DNA from: Lytechinus pictus
Lineage: Eukaryota
Assembly: GCF_037042905.1 (NCBI RefSeq)
Contig: NC_087255.1
Location: 31,992,001 to 32,056,000 of the forward strand
Direction of reading: 5' to 3'
Length of the DNA: 64,000 bases
Below are positions 36,654-48,159 of the stretch, piece after piece. Every line of letters begins with the position of its first letter. The stretch's first letter is position 1. The notes under the pieces were generated by a model. It was not told the origin of the DNA. It saw nothing but the letters and a program-made list of their open reading frames with translations, and ran no database searches. A program made the position numbers and the translations under genes.

Positions 36654-37009
36654 AAACAAAATTTACATGCTACTTTTTTCAATCAAAAAGTCCATTTCAT
36701 TCTCATTTTCCTGTAACAAAAACAACATTGCATAAAAAGAAAGTCACATCATCGCTGCAGGACTAGCTGTTTAAACCTTTATTTTCAAAATGTTAACTTT
36801 GTAGTTTAAGTCAGAGAAAGCTTGATTTTAGAGCTATAAGTTGGAACCTTCTTTTCCCAAAAAATTCTCTACAGGAAATAGGAGATGGTTTTCAGATACT
36901 AGTACGAGGTTCTCACCATTGCCACACCGGTATTTCTAAAATAAAGTTTTTTTTCTGAGCTACCCACAATTCTCATCATTTTGAGATAACAATAATGATA
37001 ATAATAATA

Positions 37010-37265
37010 TGCAACATTTATATAGCACTACAATGTTTCTAAGCAGTGCACTGCATACTATTACCCCGGCTTTAGCATGGCTACTCTTATCAAGTACTCA
37101 AGTGTTCTAGGAATTTCTTCCTACCGGGTACCCATTTATTACACCTGGGTGAAGAGTAGCAAACGTAGATAAATGCACTGCCAAAGGCAGCCAGAGCTGC
37201 AGTGGGATTCGAACTCTGGACCTTGTGATTCAAAGTCTGAAGACTTATTCACCCAGCCACAACAC
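37010..37265 (-). mobile_element. tRNA-derived SINE, diverged
   Basis: B-box GTTCGAATCCC on -; body similar to 61987-62170; (TTA)n-like tail. Confidence 0.65.
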
Positions 37266-37372
37266 CTCTACAAGAATACAAGATACAAGGTTTTAACAGT
37301 CCAGGGATGACTTAATACATGAAAAGTGTTGCTATACTGTAAGAAAAATCAAAGCAGGAAATCTTGGCTTAC

Positions 37373-37549
37373 CAGATGTGCACTCTGTTTCTGGAATACA
37401 TGGCCCATTTACTGATTCACGAACATAACCTTCTTCACAGAAACAACCTACTACACAATTTTTAGTGCAGGGGATCAATTCATTTCGGTTGTCACATGTT
37501 TTCGGGCAGGCTGTCCCGCAATTGTCAAAGACTTCATTTGCTCCACAAC
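37373..37549 (-). CDS. TIL15 exon (loop CTKNC)
   Basis: 10-Cys TIL; CAGCAGCAG acceptor (start could be 37549, 37552 or 37555); GTAAGC donor; phase 1-1. Confidence 0.9.
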
Positions 37550-38728
37550 CTGCTGCTGAATGGATGAGAAACAAATTCAAATGGGGGATTTTATGATTAC
37601 ATTGCCTTCAAATAAAATAAACACCAAAAAAAAAAACATGACAAAATAGTATCATAATAAAGATTTAGAAGAATGCAGTCAAACCTGTATGAGTGGCAAT
37701 CTGTCTATAGCATTGACCTGTCTTTAGTGAAAACTAAATCTGCTTCTCATGGAGGCAGATTTCATGTTTAAGAACCTGTGTATAGCAGCCACCTGTCTAT
37801 TAAGGTCAAATTTTGTGTTGACCATGGGTGGTCACTATACACAGGTTTCACTGTAATCAAAGTAATACCATTATAGATTGAATTTTACATCAGTCAACTG
37901 CAAAGGGTGTTTGGGACATGATTTATAAATAGATTTGTAAAAGGTGAGAAATGGGTCTAAAGAGTGAATTACTTTGTTTAATTTTTAAAAGAGTAGAGAT
38001 ATGTGGGTTACAATCAGCAAAGGAATTATATAATCAACCTCAAAACCAACAATGTATCTGGCAAAATTAATAATTAGATCTTAAAGTTTGAAAACAAGAA
38101 AAGGTATAAGTTCTCTTTTTGACATAATAATGCACAAAAACTTGACAAAATTTGTCAACAATAATGGACACACATATTTGATTTTACAAGTATGTAGAAG
38201 AATGACAGTAAGAGTTTCAAAATATAAGGAGAAAACAAGTTCAGGAAGGGGCCGCCTTTAAGATAAATGCATACTCAAACAGGGTAGAAAATTGGCTCCT
38301 AGAACTCTTGTACCCCGTTTTTAATTGAATATAAGACTCTTGATTTTGTCCTTTCAATTTTCTTGAAAGGATAACAAAAAATCCTTCTCAGGACTACTCA
38401 CATTGGCTAACATTCATAGAGGTGGTTTTGAAACCAAGGTTTGAACCATTTTAGTTTGTGCATATTTCATGCATTAATTATGCTTCATACATTACATACT
38501 GAGAAAGTCTCCAAGACTGAATATGGGCCTTTGCCAGATGGCAATAAATTCATGCCTGTAACTATTAATGGTGATTGCATTCATGAGCCAACTGTTTATA
38601 TAAATTAATTAACATTAATAATTGCCTTATTAATACAAAACTGCTGGCTTATCAATGCTGTAACCTTAGTCACAAGCATCAGTTTAGCTTGTTGTGATAA
38701 AGCATAATTAACACATGATATTCTACAT

Positions 38729-39663
38729 CAGGGGTTCTCAAACTTTTTCTTTGAAGGGCCAGATGAGACTCCGAGTAAACCTGAAAGGGCCAGGGTGAAG
38801 TGGATACTTAGAAAACAAATGTGCGCGAAGCGCAAAGACCTTTGCAGTCGGGGTCCGAGATGCTCTCTTGTGCAATCTGGTCCTTATTTTGGGAGCATTT
38901 AATCCAACAAATTTATAACAGTTTCATATGGAACGCAGGCAAAATTAGAAAAGATTTCAAAAAACATCGAGAGTCAATATTAATGATAACAAATTGTAGT
39001 ACTTTGTAAAGAGGAATCTAGATTGTACCTTTATATACCTGGTATATGGGAAACGTGACAGTCTGTCAGCAACAAAAGGCACAAAAGGTGTAATTGCCAG
39101 ACGAAGGCACTGGTGCAAATGTTCACTAGTCAAGCAGGGGCCGCGGAAGCGGGGGGGTGTTCAGCCCCCCCCCCCCACTTTTTTCCAAAACCATGTACAA
39201 AAACGTAAAAATGACCATATGATTGTGATTTTTTGCATGGTGCAGCCACCCCGGCCCCCACTTTGAAAACCGTTCCGCGGCCCCTGTCAAGGTACTTCGA
39301 TATGAGTTAGTTCTTTTAAATGTTCATAGTGGAAAATACACTTTCGCACCTGTATGTAGATCCAAACATGGTGAGAACAGCGCTGGTCATCTAATATAGA
39401 TCGAACAGACAGAAAAAACTCCACTAAACTTTGTTTAAAAGTCAAATTAATTTGACTGCCATTACTTTTATTACGGTTAGGTCTACATGGATACACAATG
39501 ATTATATTGATTATATTGATTACATTGATTATATGATTATATTGAGCTTTGTTTCATATTGTGACTTAAAGTTATTTTTAAAAAACCAGCAGAGTCTCGC
39601 GGGCCGGATTGAGAAGCTCCACGGGCCGGATCCGGCCCGCGGGCCGTAGTTTGAGAACCCCTG
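38729..39663. mobile_element. Non-autonomous hAT (Charlie-like) element
   Basis: TIR CAGGGGTTCTCAAACT; 8-bp TSD TTCTACAT; subterminal GGGCCG motifs. Confidence 0.9.
39135..39286. mobile_element. MITE with 5-bp TSD (hAT5-like), copy 2, nested in the hAT element
   Basis: TIR CAGGGGCCGCGGAA; TSD TCAAG. Confidence 0.8.
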
Positions 39664-39954
39664 TTCTACATAAACCAACATAAACATCCTCTATAAATTT
39701 GGACCACTGTGGTCCCGCAAGCAATAGTGACGAACGTGAGAAGAAAATTGGGGAAAAACAGGAAGAACAATAATAATAATAATAATAATAGCTGTATTTA
39801 TAAAGCGCCTTTTGCCCGAGGATACAAAGCGCTGCTATTATTACCCCGGCTTTAGCTCGAGCTACCATCACCGGCGCAATAATACATATAAGAGGGAAAG
39901 AGAGGGTGAAATATAAAGAAGATGGGAACTGTGTGGGAGATGCGAGGTAATTAC

Positions 39955-40131
39955 TTGAAGGACATTGACTTTCTTGAATACAACGACCATTAACACGATC
40001 CCGGATGAATCCCTTGGCGTGATCACAGATGCATCTTGGTTTTATTTCTTGGTCCGCACCACCGCATACAGGCTCGGCACAGTCTAATCCGCAAGATCCT
40101 GTATCCAGGATCATCCCTGGACCACACGGAT
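39955..40131 (-). CDS. TIL14 exon (8 Cys, no C5-C6 loop)
   Basis: PCGPGMILDTGSCGLDCAEPVCGGADQEIKPRCICD...CIQESQCPS; TTCTAG / GTAATT; 177 nt, phase 1-1. Confidence 0.85.
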
Positions 40132-41013
40132 CTAGAAGGAAGAAGCAGGGATTAAATGGTGTGTAAGGGATGAAAAGAGCAAGATACAAGGAACAAGAAA
40201 TTTGATGGAATTCATGAACATACAAATTCAACTTGGATGTCTAACCTGTGCTCCATGCAGGAAAAATAAGAAGTAACCATAGGAACATTATGCTGACCGA
40301 TCTGTGGCATTTTAATGCAGATGCTCGTAAGTCAGGCATGACTTTACAAACAGGTGACCTCTTTCTTGTGCTAAATGAGATTCCCCAGGGATTCTTTCTT
40401 TAAACACAATGAGAGTAAATGGAACCAAATATTGATAAACAACAAATACTGCATACTAATGCTGATTAACAAGAATTCGCATCTAAAAAGGTCAAATTTT
40501 AAACTTTAGCTGATAGGAATAGAAGTATTGATAATTGATCTGGTACAAGAAAAGTTTTTCAGAGTTCCATAAAGTCCCGTGTATCTTACAAACAGCTTTA
40601 TGAAACATCACCCTACATGTAGTATTGAAATCTGTGCAAGTGATCTGTGTTTACATATAGACCTAGATGTAGCCTGCACAGATAGTTCCACGGAAGCAAC
40701 AACAAAATCAGCAGACTTTGAGTTGTACATTCACAACACCCCTCATTCATTTCTCAGTGCATTGTTGTTTTCGTTCTAAAAATTGCAGAGTGAATAAAAA
40801 TTGTGTTTTTTTTTTTAAGAATGACATAGAGAAAGTTGGCTTGAATGGTATTCAAAAAAGGAGAAATGACAGGAGGAAAAGCAAGATGGAGAATAAATGT
40901 TGCAAAGAAAACACAAGAAAAAATTGACAAAATGAAGAAGAAAAGACCCCCAGGAGAGGGGGTAGAAGAAATAAACAGAAACACTGAGGTCATAGGAAGT
41001 TGGAGTCACTTAC

Positions 41014-41190
41014 TTGTTGATGGACATTCACTTTCCAGAACACATCGACCATTTTCATCGCGTAAGAACCCATCGTCACAGAAACATCCTTCAACACAAA
41101 GAGTAATGCAGAACTGTTCCTCATCTTTATTCTCACAAGTTTTTGGACAGGCTGATCCACAGGATGTGTAGGATTCATTCTCCCCACAGC
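41014..41190 (-). CDS. TIL13 exon (tandem copy 9)
   Basis: 177-nt CGENESYTSC...CPST; TAG / GTAAGT. Confidence 0.85.
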
Positions 41191-41353
41191 CTACAGTGGG
41201 AATATAACAGATGTAGAAAGAACATTGGTGAATATCCTGAGAGACAGATGGGATGACAAAAGACAGCCAAGATAGGTATGAAAGGAGGAGAAAAGGGAAG
41301 TCAAAGAGATAAAAACAGAAACACAGAGGCCATGGGAAGTCAGAGTCACTTAC

Positions 41354-41530
41354 TTGTTGATGGACATTCACTTTCCAGAACACATCGACCGTTTTCATCG
41401 CGTAAGAAACCATCATCACAGAAACATCCTTCAACACAAAGAGTAATGCAGAACTGTTCCTCATCTTTATTCTCACAAGTTTTTGGACAAGCTGAGCCAC
41501 AGGATGTGTAGGATTCATTCTCCCCACAAT
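41354..41530 (-). CDS. TIL12 exon (tandem copy 8)
   Basis: 177-nt repeat exon, intact splice sites. Confidence 0.85.
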
Positions 41531-41693
41531 CTACAGAGGGAATATAACAGATGTAGAAAGAACATTGGTGAATATCCTGAGAGACAGATGGGATGACAAA
41601 AGACAGCCAAGATAGGTATGAAAGGAGGAGAAAAGGGAAGTCAAAGAGATAAAAACAGAAACACAGAGGCCATGGGAAGTCAGAGTCACTTAC

Positions 41694-41870
41694 TTGTTGA
41701 TGGACATTCACTTTCCAGAACACATCGACCGTTTTCATCGCGTAAGAAACCATCGTCACAGAAACATCCTTCAACACAAAGAGTAATGCAGAACTGTTCC
41801 TCATCTTTATTCTCACAAGTTTTTGGACAGGCTGATCCACAGGATGTGTAGGATTCATTCTCCCCACAGC
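41694..41870 (-). CDS. TIL11 exon (tandem copy 7)
   Basis: 177-nt repeat exon, intact splice sites. Confidence 0.85.
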
Positions 41871-42033
41871 CTACAGTGGGAATATAACAGATGTAGAAAG
41901 AACATTGGTGAATATCCTGAGAGACAGATGGGATGACAAAAGACAGCCAAGATAGGTATGAAAGGAGGAGAAAAGGGAAGTCAAAGAGATAAAAACAGAA
42001 ACACAGAGGCCATGGGAAGTCAGAGTCACTTAC

Positions 42034-42210
42034 TTGTTGATGGACATTCACTTTCCAGAACACATCGACCGTTTTCATCGCGTAAGAAACCATCATCACA
42101 GAAACATCCTTGAACACAAAGAGTAATGCAGAACTGTTCCTCATCTTTATTCTCACAAGTTTTTGGACAGGCTGATCCACAGGATGTGTAGGATTCATTC
42201 TCCCCACAGC
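42034..42210 (-). CDS. TIL10 exon (tandem copy 6)
   Basis: 177-nt repeat exon, VQG variant. Confidence 0.85.
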
Positions 42211-42373
42211 CTACAGTGGGAATATAACAGATGTAGAAAGAACATTGGTGAATATCCTGAGAGACAGATGGGATGACAAAAGACAGCCAAGATAGGTATG
42301 AAAGGAGGAGAAAAGGGAAGTCAAAGAGATAAAAACAGAAACACAGAGGCCATAGGAAGGTGGAGTCACTTAC

Positions 42374-42550
42374 TTGTTGATGGGCATTCACTTTCCAGAA
42401 CACATTGACCGTTTTCATCACGTAAGAAACCATTGTCACAGAAACATCCTTTAACACAAAGAGTAATGCAGAACTGTTCATTATCTTTATTCTCACAAGT
42501 TTTTGGACATGCTGATCCACATGATGTGAAGGATTCGTTCTCCCCACAGC
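42374..42550 (-). CDS. TIL9 exon (tandem copy 5, most diverged)
   Basis: 177-nt repeat exon, CAG acceptor; several amino-acid variants. Confidence 0.85.
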
Positions 42551-42903
42551 CTGCAGAGAGCGAATAAAACAAATGAAGAAAAGACATTGGTGAATCTTAG
42601 AAAACAGTGGAGGACAGGAAACAGCCAAGATCTGTAGAAAGGGAGGAGAAAGACAGACAATTTTTTTTTTTTTTTAAGGCTAATTTTCACAACTTACTGC
42701 ATAATTATGCTACATTGGATAAGCTTTAACATTGCAGTAAACGGGGATTTTCCACGGTTCCTTTTGTAAGTTTCCATAGCTTTTTAAAGCATTTCTGGGG
42801 CTAAATTGCCCCAGCCCATGTGTAATTTTTTTCCCTGGAGAAAAAGAAAGTCCAGGCGAAATGAACAGAAACAATGAGGCCATAGGCAGGTGGAGTCACT
42901 TAC

Positions 42904-43080
42904 TTGTTGATGGACATTCACTTTCCAGAACACATCGACCGTTTTCATCGCGTAAGAAACCATCATCACAGAAACATCCTTCAACACAAAGAGTAATGCA
43001 GAACTGTTCCTCATCTTTATTCTCACAAGATTTTGGACATGCTGATCCACAGGATGTGTAGGATTCATTCTCCCCACAGC
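42904..43080 (-). CDS. TIL8 exon (tandem copy 4)
   Basis: 177-nt repeat exon, PKSC variant. Confidence 0.85.
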
Positions 43081-43242
43081 CTACAGTGGGAATACAACAA
43101 ATGAAGAAGACATTGTTGAATATCCTTATAGAAGATGGGATGACAGAAGACAGCCAAGATAGGTATGAAAGGAGGAGAAAGAGGAAAAGTCGAAGAGATA
43201 AAAACAGAAACACAGAGGCCATGGGAAGGTGGAGTCACTTAC

Positions 43243-43419
43243 TTGTCGATGGACATTCACTTTCCAGAACACATCGACCGTTTTCATCGCGTAAGAAACC
43301 ATCGTCACAGAAACATCCTTCAACACAAAGAGTAATGCAGAACTGTTCCTCATCTTTATTCTCACAAGATTTTGGACAGGCTGAGCCACAGGATGTGAAG
43401 GATTCGTTCTCCCCACAAT
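43243..43419 (-). CDS. TIL7 exon (tandem copy 3)
   Basis: 177-nt repeat exon, ESFT and PKSC variants. Confidence 0.85.
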
Positions 43420-43584
43420 CTACAGAAGGAATAAAACAAATGAAGAAAAGACATTGGTGAATATCCTTAGAGACAGATGGGATGACAGAAGACAGCCAAG
43501 ATAGGTATGAAAGGAGGAGAAAGAGGAAAAGTCAAAGAGATAAAAACAGAAACACAGAGGCCATGGGAAGTCAGAGTCACTTAC

Positions 43585-43761
43585 TTGTCGATGGGCATTC
43601 ACTTTCCAGAACACATCGACCGTTTTCATCGCGTAAGAACCCATCGTCACAGAAACATCCTTCAACACAAAGAGTAATGCAGAACTGTTCCTCTTCTTTA
43701 TTCTCACAAGTTTTTGGACAGGCTGAGCCACAGGATGTGTAGGATTCATTCTCCCCACAAT
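43585..43761 (-). CDS. TIL6 exon (tandem copy 2)
   Basis: 177-nt repeat exon, KEEEQ variant. Confidence 0.85.
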
Positions 43762-43924
43762 CTACAGAGGGAATACAACAAATGAAGAAGACATTGTTGA
43801 ATATCCTTATAGACAGATGGGATGACAGAAGACAGCCAAGATAGGTATGAAAGGAGGAGAAAGAGGAAAAGTCGAAGAGATAAAAACAGAAACACAGAGG
43901 CCATGGGAAGGTGGAGTCACTTAC

Positions 43925-44101
43925 TTGTTGATGGACATTCACTTTCCAGAACACATCGACCGTTTTCATCGCGTAAGAACCCATCGTCACAGAAACATCC
44001 TTCAACACAAAGAGTAATGCAGAACTGTTCCTCATCTTTATTCTCACAAGTTTTTGGACAAGCTGAGCCACAGGATGTGTAGGATTCATTCTCCCCACAA
44101 T
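43925..44101 (-). CDS. TIL5 exon (tandem copy 1)
   Basis: 177-nt repeat exon, intact splice sites. Confidence 0.85.
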
Positions 44102-44901
44102 CTACAGAGGGAATACAACAAATGAAGAAAAGACATTGGTGAATATCCTTATAGAAAGATGGGATGACAGGAGACAGCCAAGATTGGCAGAAAGGGAGAA
44201 GGTGGAGAAGTCCAAAAGACATAAAAACAAGACATCACATTACCTAATTTCTCCAGGATGCCATGTCAAAATCTCTGCTCACGCTTCTGTTGTTAATCAG
44301 AATTGAAAACTAAGTTTAAATGGAAAAACGCAATTCAAAACTTCATTTTTTCATTTTTTTTTTTCATTTTTATGTGCCATTTTGAGAAATTAACCAGCAA
44401 TTATTAATTCTTTATTCCCTTCAGCAGGTCTATTCAAATCGCTGACAATTTCACCAATTTTGGTGCATAGAACTCATAAGCAAACCCTAAATAGCTGCAT
44501 GCATGGGCGCACATAATATGAAAGATAGTCTCAATCGAGGGGGGGAGGGGATAACTTTTACACTTGATGGCTTGTTATGTCTGGAGAGAGACATAAAAAT
44601 AGATAAATGAATAAATGTGAAGTCAATGGTATATATTCCATGCACCTTCAGAATGTATTAAACAAACCAAGGTCCTATTTCAGAAAAACTTGTTATAATA
44701 ACAAATTTGCGATAACAGTTACAAGCTTACTGAAATCATTCAGTTTGATTGGCTGATACTATTTAAACTTATTAAAAAGAAATTGGGCAATTTTTATTAC
44801 AACAAATCTTTATTCAACGGGACCAAATACAATGACACCTTTAAGTGTTCTTTGAGGTCATTAGCACTACTGAGGAAAATAATTTGCTTTCACGAACTTG
44901 C

Positions 44902-45003
44902 GCTTGGACATTCCTCTGGTGGAACGCATGGTCCGTCTTCAACCAAACGGACAAATCCTTCTTCACAGAAGCATCCAGCCACACATTGGAGAGTGCAGAT
45001 GAC
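44902..45003 (-). pseudogene. Relic half TIL exon ([34 protein letters not shown])
   Basis: Only C5-C10 present; N-terminal half missing; followed by GCAAGT rather than a phase-1 GT donor. Confidence 0.7.
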
Positions 45004-45314
45004 ACTCTGCTTAAATTTGGCCAAGATTAACTAATAGATAAGTATCAATTAAATGTGTAAATGAAAGGAGAGAGGAGGTGAGAAGACTATTAAGATGAAA
45101 GACACTGAAAATGGTGAAATTAAAATAAACAATGAGAAAAATGATAAACAAAATTATATGGATGTAGGGGGGGGGAGTGTTTCATGAAACATCAGTGATT
45201 TTCATTGACAAATTTGATCTAAGCCAATGAGAAACAAGTATTTCAGTAGTTTATAAGTTATTTAGTGAAAATCAATGACTATTGTTTCTTAAAATGAATC
45301 CCTGATCTGCTTAC

Positions 45315-45485
45315 CTGGATCTGGACATTCTGCTTCCAGAACACATCGACCGTTTCCATCGCGGACATATCCGTCATCACAAACACATGATTCTTCACAA
45401 TTCAGAGGACATGGGAGTTTTTGGTTCTTATTTTCACACGTCTTCTGACAGGCTTCGCATCCAGGAGACTCGTTCTCTCCACAAA
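45315..45485 (-). CDS. TIL4 exon (loop CPLNC)
   Basis: 10-Cys TIL; TGTAG / GTAAGC; 171 nt, phase 1-1. Confidence 0.9.
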
Positions 45486-46403
45486 CTACAAGGTGAGAAA
45501 GATGGTTAAGAATACCAGTGGGGCAGGGGAGGGGCGTCAAATCTGGGTGGACACCATGCTTGTCCACAAAAGTGGGTGTAAAGCGGGTGTTTTTCACAAT
45601 CATATATGCACGGACAGTGAAAAGGGTATCAAACTTGCCAAAATCAGGAAAAAGGGTATACTTTTCAACAGCCATGCAAGAATCAGAAAGGGGAAAGGGT
45701 ATATTTTTTGTCCTATCATAAACATAGAATATTTGAGACATTATTCAGTGTTGGGAAAAAATGAATGGGGTACTCTGACATCTTGAAAATTCATGGACGA
45801 GCATGGCGTCCACCAAGAAACAAGAGTTGTCTCCCATGAGACTTTATAACAGAGAAAGCAATGAAGGTAAGGTGCCCATGCAAAGTCTGTACAGTGTCCC
45901 TTGTCTGTGCATACGCGTATCTGCGCAATTCTAATAAAAGAAGACATGCAATGACCTCATATTTTACAATTGTAATACATAGACAAATATTCAATGAAAA
46001 CTTGACTCAAAATAAGGAAAATATTGAATTCCAGGCATTCAATGTGAGGGCCTCGATATGCAGCTTTTCTCATCAAAATATCTGAATCATGTGTAAAGTG
46101 AGAGGATGCACAGACATGGGGTACAATTTTTTTTTTTTTCAATCTGACAATGATTGGCCAAGATTTTCACAAGATTTTGGCACCCTTACTCATAATAATA
46201 TAAGGAACATTATCCACTGACATTTTTTATGGAATAAAAGGAAATTCCTGTTCAATCTCAAGTTAAATTTCTAGGTGCACAGACATGGGGCTGCCCTTCA
46301 TACAATTATTATAAGCTGGTTAGGAAGGAGATTAGAATAATTCTTAAAGAGTCTGGTCACCCTAGTCCCACCCTCCCTTTGCCGAGGATCAATTGCTACT
46401 TAC

Positions 46404-46589
46404 CAGGTGGACATTGTGATTCTAGAATGCATTGGCCGTTTTCATTGCGATCGCGGATAAACCCTCTGGCTTCGTCACAGACACATCCAGGAGAACAAGG
46501 AGCTTTGCAGGCTAAGTTTAAATTTTTATTTTCACAGGTTCTCCGACAAATGGAATCACAGTTAGAGAAGACCTCGTTCTCGCCACAAC
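46404..46589 (-). CDS. TIL3 exon (loop CKAPC)
   Basis: CGENEVFSNCDSICRRTC...CILESQCPP, hand-translated and absent from the ORF track; TGCAG / GTAAGT; 186 nt. Confidence 0.9.
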
Positions 46590-47196
46590 CTGCATGGAGG
46601 AAAGATGAGTGGATACTCTATAGTGTGTCCCAGAAAAGAGGCAACTTTTTTTAGGCATAGATATCTCAATCATCAAGTGTATTTTGATTTCATATTTGAC
46701 ACTTATAGAATGAGTAATCATGCTCATGGACGCCCTCTCAATCGACGAGACTGCACATTGAATATTGTGCATGTTGGCACACTCTCTGAATTAAGAGACC
46801 AAGTTTTAACAGTTTATATTCACTTGGCCAACAAACAGCTGGTTTTCTTCTCAGATAGTCTAATAACATATGAGCTAAACACATTTGATCTTGTTGCCGT
46901 TTGGTCTACATTACACTTGGTTTTATACTCACTTTTTCTAATGCCTAGTTGATCAACTTTCCATTTTTTCTACTCATTTCTTTTTTTTTTCATTTATCAA
47001 ATAAAAATTTGATTAATAACTTCACTTTTTGCAACCATACTAAGACCAAGCAGTCTTATACCAAGTTATAGTATACAAATTGGGTATAGACCAAATGGTA
47101 ATTAGATGTAATAGTAAAATACACGTAGTTCAAGTGGTAAATTGACCAAAAGGTTATTAGACAAAGTGGTTGTAGACAGAATGGGAAAAGACCATG

Positions 47197-47266
47197 TAAG
47201 ATGAGATGCATGTTGGCTTTGGACAAGGTACACCAAAAGTATCAAGGACCATACTGTCAGAACATT
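47197..47266 (-). pseudogene. Truncated third copy of the TIL1/2 exon
   Basis: ECSDSMVLDTFGVPCPKPTC followed by unrelated repeat; Cys2 codon TGT>TTT; upstream intron homologous to that of TIL2. Confidence 0.75.
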
Positions 47267-47415
47267 CTGAAGAACAAGAAAATAGACTATTACCATGGCA
47301 ACAAATACAAGAAGAGTAAAACAATATTTCAGGAAAATGTGAAGGAGATAAGGAAGAAATATCATGACATAAAAGAATATCTCTGGAAATGAGAAGAGGA
47401 CCCTTCAAAACTTAC

Positions 47416-47601
47416 TTGGTGGACATTGTTCTACTTGAATACAGTCACCGTTCTCATCCCGGACATATCCATTTTTTCGATCACAGATGCATTTTGGTAT
47501 GTTCTGACAAGCCGCTCTACAAAATATTGGCTGTGGGTTGCTGCATGATGGCTCAGGACAAGGTGCACCACAAGTATCAAGAACCATGCCTTCAGCACAT
47601 T
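47416..47601 (-). CDS. TIL2 exon (loop CRAAC)
   Basis: 10-Cys TIL, near-duplicate of TIL1; TTCAG / GTAAGT; 186 nt. Confidence 0.9.
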
Positions 47602-47744
47602 CTGAAGATCAAGAAAATAGAATATTACCATGGCAACAAATACAAGAAGAGTGAGACAATACAGGAAAACATGCAGGAAATAAGGAAGTTCATCAAGACA
47701 TAACAGATTATCACTTGAATTAATAAGAGTTATTTCAAACTTAC

Positions 47745-47951
47745 TTGGTGGACATTGTTCTACTTGAATACAGTCACCGTTCTCATCCCGGACATATCCA
47801 TTATTTCGATCACAGATGCATTTTGGTATGTTCAGACAAGCCGCTCTGCAAAATATTGGCTGTGGGTTGCTGCATGATGGCTCAGGGCAAGGTGCGCCAC
47901 AAGTATCAAGGAGCATGCCTTCGGCACATTCTGGCTCTGGAGCTGCCGCTA
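47745..47951 (-). CDS. TIL1 exon (loop CRAAC)
   Basis: AAAPEPECAEGMLLDTC...CPP; TTGCAG / GTAAGT; 207 nt, phase 1-1. Confidence 0.9.
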
Positions 47952-48159
47952 CTGCAAAAGTCAAAGCAACACAACAAGTTACTTAGCAATAATTTCCCCT
48001 TAATTAATTTTACGTATGTAAGACTTGCATATTAAAGGGGAAGCCCACCTTAACAAAAAGTTGATTTGAAAGATGATAAAATCTAACAACTCTTTCATTT
48101 CATCAAAATCAGAAGTAAAATAGGAAATTCACAACAAATTAAACTTTTGGTCAATTAAA

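Larger units (their letters stand above)
40960..44230. repeat. Tandem array of nine ~340-bp exon+intron units
   Basis: Donor spacing 340, 340, 340, 340, 530, 339, 342, 340. Confidence 0.95.

Noticed and set aside
40845-44098. 173-aa minus ORFs and plus-strand ORFs across the exon array
   Set aside because: They read through introns or are antisense shadows of the true 177-nt exons
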